This document shows positions 55,648 through 64,000 of a DNA stretch of 64,000 bases, one piece after another (the stretch's first letter is position 1; each line of letters begins with the position of its first letter). This DNA is from Octopus vulgaris (lineage: Eukaryota): the NCBI GenBank assembly GCA_951406725.2, contig OX597826.1:13640001-13704000 (forward strand), given 5' to 3'. Below the pieces are notes generated by a model. The model was given only the letters and a program-made list of their open reading frames with translations, was not told the DNA's origin and ran no database searches. Both the position numbers and the translations under genes were made by a program.

Positions 55648-56104
55648 TATGTATCTGTATGTAGGAGTATATATGTGTGTGTGTGTATGTATATGCGGGT
55701 ATATATATATATATATATATGTATATTTATTGGTGTATATGTATAGACTAGCCTCCTAAAGTGTAGACACGAATCTGTAGGTACGAGTACGTATGTGTAT
55801 ATACGTGAACGTATGTAGATGTTTGTATGTATGAATATAACGCGTGCGTACGTGTATGTGTATGAGTGTACGAATGGGTGAATGTACGTGCTAATGAGTG
55901 TGCGTGCGGGAATGAGTACTTGCCTTCTAGTAGACAGACAAACGGACAAGCAGCTATTGCCAGGATTCTTAGCCCTAGCGATCAAAGATAACAAAAGTAA
56001 TAAATGAAGATAATAAAATTAAAATTAGGGAATGGGCCTGTATTGGATTGTATATATATATATGTATATGTATATTTGTATGTATGTATGTGTGTATGTG
56101 TAGG

Positions 56105-56161
<57 letters not shown>

Positions 56162-56673
56162 AGATATATGTGTATGTGCGTATGTGTGTGTAGATACGTA
56201 TACATGTGTGTATAGGTATAAGTGAGAATCTCCTTATTTACCTATAACTCTATCCCCCCTTTTTTTATATATATATATTTTATATATATATTTTATATAT
56301 ATATTTTTTTTATATATTTTTTTATATATATTTTTTATATTTTTTATATTTTTTATATTTTTTATATTTTTTATTTTTATTCTTTTATTTTATCCTTTTA
56401 TTTTTTTATTTTTTATTTTTTTATTTTTTTATTACCTTGACCACTCCCCCAAGTATGATATTTTGCGCTATGCCTACCCCCAAAAAGTCCCCCACCACCA
56501 CTCCTCTAAATGTATAAATGCTAATACAATTCTTGTTAAATAGCTTCCTGAAGATTTCTCTTGAATGAAACAGTACTAGTCCTGTAGAAGCTCCTTCTAT
56601 ATAATAAATTAATTTTACTCTGCTATGTATTGAGTACCTTACTTACTGTGGTTAACCCCGTATCAACCCGGGA

Positions 56674-56678
<5 letters not shown>
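53399..56678 (+). mobile_element. Penelope-like element inverted copy (right arm), starts mid-endonuclease (53401-53709)
   Basis: 53399-56613 is the reverse complement of 49811-53043; extends ~65 bp further before (AT)n. Confidence 0.9.
56542..56592 (+). ncRNA. Type I hammerhead ribozyme at the Penelope 3' end, predicted cut after 56586
   Basis: Identical to the 49832-49882 motif. Confidence 0.82.
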
Positions 56679-56741
<63 letters not shown>

Positions 56742-56928
56742 GAGAGAGAGAGAGAGAGAGAATTACACAGCACAACATAACCTGAAGATGAGTCAAATAA
56801 GATACTTGTTGGGTTTATGATATGGGGAGTATTGGGACGATTGTAATCTTAAAGAAACGTCTAAAAATTTGTGGTTTTATAGTAATTGTCAAAAGTACTG
56901 GATAGGTTGAAGTAAGTTTAATTGTTTG

Positions 56929-57040
<112 letters not shown>

Positions 57041-57056
57041 TAATAATAAAAATAAT

Positions 57057-57087
<31 letters not shown>

Positions 57088-57564
57088 TATATATATTATA
57101 CACACATACACACATATATTCGTATGTGTTTAGGTACATATGCATGTGTATATGTTCCAGTATGCGGGCCTATATAATAGTGCATATAGACATTTATATG
57201 AATTTATTTTTTATTCTTGAGATTCACACAGAGAGAACCTACTTACCTACCTACCTACCTACCTACCTACCTACCTACCTACCTACCTACATACATACAT
57301 ACCTACCTAATTACCTACCAGTGGTTTACATGCTAGTTAAACCATAGGTGGAACAGCTGTTAGTAATCAGGATCAGATTACAATATATTACAATATAATA
57401 GGATCAAATATCGCTGGAATATATGGTACAATACCATGGTAAAAGTCACTCAAGGTAGGCAGTATTTGAGTTCAATTCATAGGACGTTTAAGAGGCCAAC
57501 ATAAAACCAGGTAATATCTATGATGTTGCTAGCTAGATGCCTAATACTGCTTGGAGAAGTTAAT

Positions 57565-57738
57565 CATGTTAATGAGAGTAATACGACCAGCTGCTTTGTA
57601 ATTTGAAGTGGCTTAAAAACGTGACTTCATCGGAATTTGAACTTGGTACAAAAATACTTTAAGAAAACACCACTGCCATTTTGTTCAATCGCGTAGCAAC
57701 TAAAAACAGCACCCCGGTGTTTCTCATGGGAGAATGGA
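57565..57738 (-). pseudogene. Possible decayed Sushi-like exon
   Basis: Strong acceptor ttttttctactttcacag; GVFLKYFC then, after a frameshift, SDEVTFLSHFKLQSSWS, resembling the neighbouring Sushi exon. Confidence 0.3.
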
Positions 57739-58014
57739 CTGTGAAAGTAGAAAAAAGCAGCAGACACACTATCTGCGACATTAAGATTTTAACACGAGCA
57801 ACATTAAGATGGTTTCAGGTTGTTTAGATGCGAAGAAAAAGAATAGATGCAAACAATATTTCATTTCCTCATTAATAAAGAGGCTGGAGCCAAATGTTTC
57901 ACAAATGATTTGAGAAAAAATTTGCATTTATCAGTTCGAGAATCTAAGCTGTAGCATACACGTAATAGATGAGGTCACATGTTCTTCAGTTAAAAACTGT
58001 AAATAAAATAATAT

Positions 58015-58222
58015 ACTCTTTTTCTCTCTCTTTTACTTGTTTCAGTCATGTGACTGTGGCCATGCTGGAGCACCGGTTTTAGTCGAGCAAATCGACCCCA
58101 GGACTTATGCTTTGTAAGCCTAGTACTTATTCCATCGGTCCGTTTTGCTGAACCGCTAAGTTACGGGGACGTAAACACACCACCATCGGTTGTCAAGCTA
58201 TGTTAGGGGCACAAACACACAA

Positions 58223-58288
<66 letters not shown>

Positions 58289-58452
58289 GACGGGCTTCTT
58301 TTCAGTTTCACTCAACCAAATCCACTCACGAGGTTTTGGTCGGCCCGAGGCTATAATAGAAGACACTTGGCCAAGATGCCACGCAGTGGGACTGAACCAG
58401 GAACCATGTGGTTGGTAAGCAAGCTACTTACCACAGAGCCACTCCTACGCCT
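58015..58452 (-). mobile_element. SINE family A, full length
   Basis: Homology to family A. Confidence 0.92.
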
Positions 58453-59409
58453 ATATATTTCCTTAATCATCACGTTTATCTAAATTACACAATAGTTTTA
58501 AAACGTAGTACAAATCCAGATATTTCATGTGAAGGATAGCTATGAAGGACGTAGAGTAAAGGAGATGGTAAGTCTCATGCTGATCACGTTCTCTCCATTA
58601 TCTAACGATTTAATATGAAACAATATTTACGTTAAAACCAACCGAAATAGTCATATTAATTATAATGATAATAGCAAATATTATTTTCATTTGTAAATGG
58701 TCACGCGCTTAGATTATTAACGTCTGTTGACTTTGAATTTGGGTGGACCGACTTCTCGACCTCTTGGAATTGCATCTCATTGATCAGTTGCTATGGTATT
58801 TGTTGCTCTTCTGTCTCAGAAGTAAGTCACCTTACTTATATGTAATGCCAGTTAGCGATATAAAAGGTGTAACTCTCTTTTAAGGATCAAGTGAAGGAAA
58901 ACGATCAATATATGTTTCGTTATATCCCCTTATATCACACCAATGAAATAATCAAGATTCAAGGTTATATAAAGAAGAAAAGGAAAGGAAACAGTTATTA
59001 ATCATGAGTTGTTGATTGTGCGTTTTAGATTAAAAGCCAAAGTTCTCGATTCAGTTGTTCGACCTGCTGGTTATAACAGCCAAGTCTTTCTTAATTCACA
59101 ATTACACTTCCCCCTTTTTAGGAAAAGAGGCCGTCATTTGAGGGAGATCTAAGTGAGATAATAAAGGTAGGTGTTATTTGAAGGAGACATTGAAATATGT
59201 ACTCTTAAATCCATATTGCCTGAAAGAGATAAGGGATCAGAATCATTGGAACACTTTTAATCATATTTCTGCCTGATCAATGTTGACTTGGAATAAAATA
59301 GCAATTAAATAAACGATATTAAGTGCATACGTGTGCCATTTCAAATCTGTGAATTCATTTCCTTTATTCAACCCACACGAAGAAGAACATAATTTACTTA
59401 AAAACTTAC

Positions 59410-59568
59410 GACATGCTTTTGGTGTCGACCAAACTGAGTTGTCCTTGCACCTTGATTTTCGAGTTTCTTCTCCAATCATATTCACCAAACACTTATATCT
59501 CACAAACCATTTATTGCCCCAAGCGATCACCGCGGAGTTCATCTGGAGTGGTAGACCACAGTCTCTGT
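59410..59568 (-). CDS. Host exon encoding a Sushi/CCP domain (RDCGLP...VRYKC...SRCKDNSVWSTPKAC)
   Basis: Four Cys plus conserved Trp; 159 nt, symmetric phase 1-1; catag acceptor and gtaagt donor. Confidence 0.82.
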
Positions 59569-60271
59569 CTATGTTATTTATTAGATGTAAAAAAGAGAAG
59601 AAACGTATTTGTCAAATATTAATAGCATAGCACTGCTGAGCAGTACAATAGTATCAAGAACAACACGGTTGAATTGAACTTCATTCCCTCACAACTATTT
59701 AACCTGTCTTTAAATCTATGAGTAGACAAGATTATCAGACTATGTTTTAAGATACAGCATGAAATATATCTCATATTAAACGAATTAGTACAATCCACAT
59801 TACTCAAATGAGTATTCCCTGGAATTCTGAACACACGCTTTAGCAAATTTTAATGTTTTACATTAACTACACAATATTAAGCAAAGTTGTACGTTAAATA
59901 TATTATCTTTACCTAGAAATCTCTAACTTCTACGCCAAGAATCTGATAGGGCTTTTACTTCCTTCACAGAATAATGATATCACCCTTCAGCATTTAAAAA
60001 GTCTATATGCGGCCAAAATATTCTGCCTCTTTTGTTATCAAAGTGACCAGATCCAAAATCTCACATTTACTTTACAATGCTATAGTAAAAATAAATTATC
60101 ACATGACTGAGGTCTTAAAGCCACAAGATAATGCAGGATTAATTCAAGACAATGTTACTTTGGACAGAGTACTGTGAAAGCTAAAGGGTTAAGCAAAAGG
60201 GATTTTCTACATAACGAGAATATAAGACGAAATATTTTTACATCAACATTAACATACAAAATGTAACTTAC

Positions 60272-60359
60272 CCAATTCTAAGCAGTGGTAGGTATTGATT
60301 CCAGGTAAACACATTTCCCAATCCTTACATGAATGATTGAAGCAGCTTCCAGCAATTCG
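60272..60359 (-). CDS. Host exon with an EGF-like Cys motif (RIAGSCFNHSCKDWEMCLPGINTYHCLEL)
   Basis: G|gtaagt phase-1 donor joins in frame to the Sushi exon (LEL-D-RDCGLP); the acceptor position is tentative. Confidence 0.72.
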
Positions 60360-60774
60360 CTGATATTGGAGACAAGAATAACATTCTTTTTTTTTACAAG
60401 AGGGATAAAGCATCATCTATTCGAAGCTTTGTTCAAAGCCTCGCAATAGTTGATTCATCAAAGAAAGAAAACAGTTGAAAAGCTTTCTGTAAATGATTTA
60501 TAGAAAAAAGTTATTACTAACCAAAGAGTTACGCGAAACCCTGTCGAAGAAATGAATGCAGCAGTTTAAAAATATATAAAAGAGATTTATAATAGATCTC
60601 TATATTCATATATTTTACTTGGTGCATGGAATATAGTCCCTTCCCCACTGCACACATTCCATAGATGTGAATTTAAAACATAACTGAAACATGCTGGAGT
60701 GCTGCCAAACGAACAAAAAGGAATTTTGAACCACACGCTCAGCCCGTCAAGGATGTCCTATAACGCAAGTTCTA

Positions 60775-61458
60775 CGAGGTGGTACCATAGAGGTCTACGG
60801 ACTACTTACGTCTGATAAAAAGTAACTTATTCACCTAGGTCTTAAAATCAGCGTTCCTGCTACTTTTGGAATCCCGCCTGGAAGCCGTTTACCGTAAGCG
60901 AGTCGAAGTCGTTCCGCGATTCGCTCTTCATCTCAACGACGGGGTTTAAACAGCGACATTTGAGTTGCATTCTCATCTTGGAGAAGAGATGGAAGTCTTC
61001 TGATGCTAAGTCTGGGTAATAGGGCAGATTCAGAGGCGATACCGTGTTGATTTTTGCGAGAAACTCACGGGTAAGGAGAGCTCGGTAACAAGGTGCGTTG
61101 TCGTTGTGAAGAATCCAATTCTTCGCACTTCAAAGATCCGGTCGCTTTCGCCGAATGCCTCCCTCAAATCCTTGAAAATATCGCAGTAGAACTCTTGAAT
61201 GACGGTCTGTTTCTGGAGGACGAACTCTCTATGCACAACACCACGCAAATTTCACTTTGGCTCTTCCTTCCAACTTGCTGTCCATGACAAAAATCGCTGA
61301 CTACAGGATACACGTGAGCACAAAACGCAAACTTAACAACTAGCAAAGCGATGTTCCTTGGCACACTGCCTTGTGAAGGTCATTCCTAGGTTTCACTGCG
61401 CACGAAACCGTATGCTGCCATCTATTAGTGTACTACTGAAGCTTTTGATACTGGCTCG
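60775..61458 (-). mobile_element. Mariner element, internally deleted and degenerate
   Basis: GVVHREFV..QTV.QEFY and PYYPDLASEDFHLF (YSPDLAP motif); TA flanks; degenerate CGAG.. TIRs. Confidence 0.82.
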
Positions 61459-61789
61459 TATGCTACAAGGGTTAGCGTTGCTTACCTGACTAACTCGCTT
61501 CCATCGTAGCAGATCTTGACTGTAATTGGCAGCAAACCAGAAGCATTCCTAGTTGTGTGAGCCAAGAAAATGTGACTGCTAAGGAAAAACCGAAACAAGA
61601 AGAATAGGCGCGGCGATTTTAAGTCCGTAGCTGTTCTCAACAGTTAAAGATTTTTAGCAAAGGTTTTTACAATTATGTTGGTGCTTTTTGTTTAATAATA
61701 GTCAGAGATGCACAAATCTGTACAGTTCTATATGCAACGGTCTATATTACATACCTACCTACACCGAAACCACATTTATTCCCGATATA

Positions 61790-62150
61790 GTCAATACGTA
61801 GATTAACCAATTGGCAGCTCAGCAGCAGGGAAGAAATTACCAGTTCAAGATAAACTTTTGAGGTACGGCAATATGATGAGCCAGGGCTAACGGAATGTAC
61901 TGAGAGAGATGAAACTGTTTTGTATGCAGTTGTTCAATGCCTGAATATCTGAGCATTGTTGACGAGCAGAATTACGTAACTAAGCCGTTATCGTGGCATA
62001 GAGAAAGACATCTTACGAAGGGTAGGACTAAGACAATTGATGTCAGACATTGTGCTGTTCGTCCAAGCTCTGATAAGCTTTGTTAAATACCACTTCGGAA
62101 CGGAGACGGAAGCTCTTCTCTTCAGTAAATTTATTGAAAGGTAAATGAAA
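61790..62150 (+). pseudogene. L1/Tx1 ORF2 C-terminal remnant
   Basis: WQ...LPVQDKLLRYG...RDETVLYAVVQC, similar to 47330-47560. Confidence 0.45.
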
Positions 62151-62317
62151 ACAGGGAGCTTGTTGGGGCCTGATAAGTTCAGTCTCAGTTTTTGCGTGTT
62201 ATTTCCTAAGTTTCAGTTTCGAAAGGCATTTAGGGATTTTCAAGGTACCCAGTTTCCTTGAACTAACTGTCCCCCTTTGAGCCATAAGTATCTTATATTT
62301 TTTTATTTCAATATTTT

Positions 62318-62587
62318 CTTTTACTCTCTAACTTGTTTCAGTTATGTGACTGTAGCCATGCTGGAGCACCGCCTTTAGTCGAGCAAATCGACCCCAGGCA
62401 TTATTCTTTGTAAGCCTAGTACTTATTCTACCGAACCCTTTTGCCGAACCGCGGGAACGTAAACACACCAGCATCGGTTGTCAAGCGACATTGGGAGAGG
62501 GAAACAAACACAAACACACAAACATATACACACACATACATATATATACAAATATACGGAACCATGTAGTTGGTAAGCAAGCTACTT
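62318..62587 (-). mobile_element. SINE family A copy (deleted)
   Basis: Homology to family A. Confidence 0.8.
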
Positions 62588-62724
62588 TATTTCAATCGCA
62601 TATTACCACCACCCACAACAACAACAACTTAACGAGAAGCAATAACGACAGTGGTAACAACGATACAATTAATAGTAACATTAGCAGCAGCTGCGTAGTA
62701 GATGAGATATCAATTCTATAGAAC

Positions 62725-62865
62725 GTACCAATACTTAATTTACTGACTCAGAGAGGACGAAAGGCGAAGTCAAATTCGGTGAAATTTGAACTGAAAACGT
62801 AGTGACGGGCGAAATACCGCTAAGCATTTCATCCAGTGTGCTAACGATTCTACCAGCTAACGTAC

Positions 62866-62951
<86 letters not shown>

Positions 62952-63166
62952 CCTTTCTACTATAGGCACAAGGACTGGAGTTTTGTGGGGAGAGGGGCAA
63001 TCGATCACATCGATCACATGGACCCCAATACTTGATGGTACTTAATTTATCGAAATAGATGAAAGGCAAAGTCAACCTCGGCGGAATTTGAACGCAAAAC
63101 GTAGCAACAGACGAAATACGCTAAGCATTTCGTCCAGTGTGCTAACGATTCTTCCACCTCACCTCC
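62725..63166 (-). mobile_element. Two SINE family B copies (62725-62858, 62951-63166) separated by (TAA)n
   Basis: Homology to family B. Confidence 0.8.
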
Positions 63167-63198
63167 TTTATAATAATAATTATAATAATAATAATAAT

Positions 63199-63275
<77 letters not shown>

Positions 63276-63291
63276 TAATAATAATAATATC

Positions 63292-63349
<58 letters not shown>

Positions 63350-63354
63350 CAACA

Positions 63355-64000
63355 ATGCCCAATAATATAAACACTGAAACAGTAAAACACGAAGACAGAC
63401 GTAACATTCCCAACAAACACGATGTAAACAAAAAACAACAAACCCAGACCGTAAGGATGCATAATAATACACGACAAACAGCAAGCCAAAACACGGCAAA
63501 CAAACATAGAGATAAGAAAGAAAGCGACACAAATCTAAAACCTGGAAACAACGAAGGGGAGCCTAATGATTATGATAATATAAAAAGTAAAATAATCAAA
63601 ATGATCCACCGACCATACCTCCCAAAAATCCCATACCTCCCAAAAATCAAAATAGACGAAACAACACCAATTATAAACAGCATAAACCTAGCCGTCACGG
63701 AACTAATAGCCACTGAAACAAAAAGCGATATCACTGAGCTAAATGCCTTAGTATACGCAGCAGCCACTGCAGCTACAAAAGAAGCTAGATACTCACTAAA
63801 ACCCATCCAAACAGGAGTACCACCACCCAAACAAACCCTGTGGATAAATAACATCCAAAATAAAATACAAAAAATGAGAAAAGATCTGTCGATTCTTAAT
63901 GAATTCAGTAGACAATCAACGCTACTGAGCAACAAAAAGAAAACAAAAATACTCCGCAAATATAACATCACAGAAAAAGATTTACCTGAGATAAAAGAAA
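63355..64000 (+). CDS. R4/Dong-type LINE ORF, pre-RT region, runs off the window end
   Basis: Open frame from ATG 63355: ITELNALVYAAATA...PPPKQTLWINNIQNKIQKMRKDLSIL; preceded by (TAA)n. Confidence 0.7.
   Translation, partial: MPNNINTETVKHEDRRNIPNKHDVNKKQQTQTVRMHNNTRQTASQNTANKHRDKKESDTNLKPGNNEGEPNDYDNIKSKIIKMIHRPYLPKIPYLPKIKIDETTPIINSINLAVTELIATETKSDITELNALVYAAATAATKEARYSLKPIQTGVPPPKQTLWINNIQNKIQKMRKDLSILNEFSRQSTLLSNKKKTKILRKYNITEKDLPEIKE

Noticed and set aside
56779-56815. CTGAAGA...AAA...GTT hammerhead-like motif
   Set aside because: Lacks G12 and a stem II
59619-59684. Signal-peptide-like MKFNSTVLFLILLYCSAVLCY just upstream of the Sushi exon
   Set aside because: No phase-1 GT donor and an immediate stop; the EGF-like exon upstream joins the Sushi exon cleanly
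61486-61578. Minus-strand segment with good AG and GTAAG splice-like signals
   Set aside because: The only open frame is phase-incompatible with the EGF-like exon and has no recognisable domain

Overview
AT-rich, microsatellite-saturated animal genomic DNA. The tRNA-derived SINE families resemble those of Octopus, so a cephalopod host is inferred but not verified. Almost every entry in the ORF track is a microsatellite artefact. Real content: (1) minus-strand exons of a host gene for an extracellular Cys-rich protein (EGF-like exon 60272-60359, Sushi/CCP exon 59410-59568, Sushi-like exon 48278-48424, possible further exons); (2) many transposon remnants: R4/Dong-type RLE LINEs inside (TAA)n tracts, an RTE LINE abutting a piggyBac fragment, L1/Tx1 pieces, Helitrons including a PIF1 helicase fragment, a hAT MITE, mariner and Tigger; (3) Penelope-like elements, one forming a ~6.8 kb head-to-head palindrome. 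The most striking signal is a set of type I hammerhead ribozyme motifs (CUGANGA...GAAA...GUH). Five have intact cores and several more are degenerate. They lie in short elements in or beside (TA)n-type microsatellites, including a 490-bp ORF-less tandem repeat whose two hammerheads carry an unusual multibranched stem II, a retrozyme/circRNA candidate. All structures were read by eye and none was computationally or experimentally validated.
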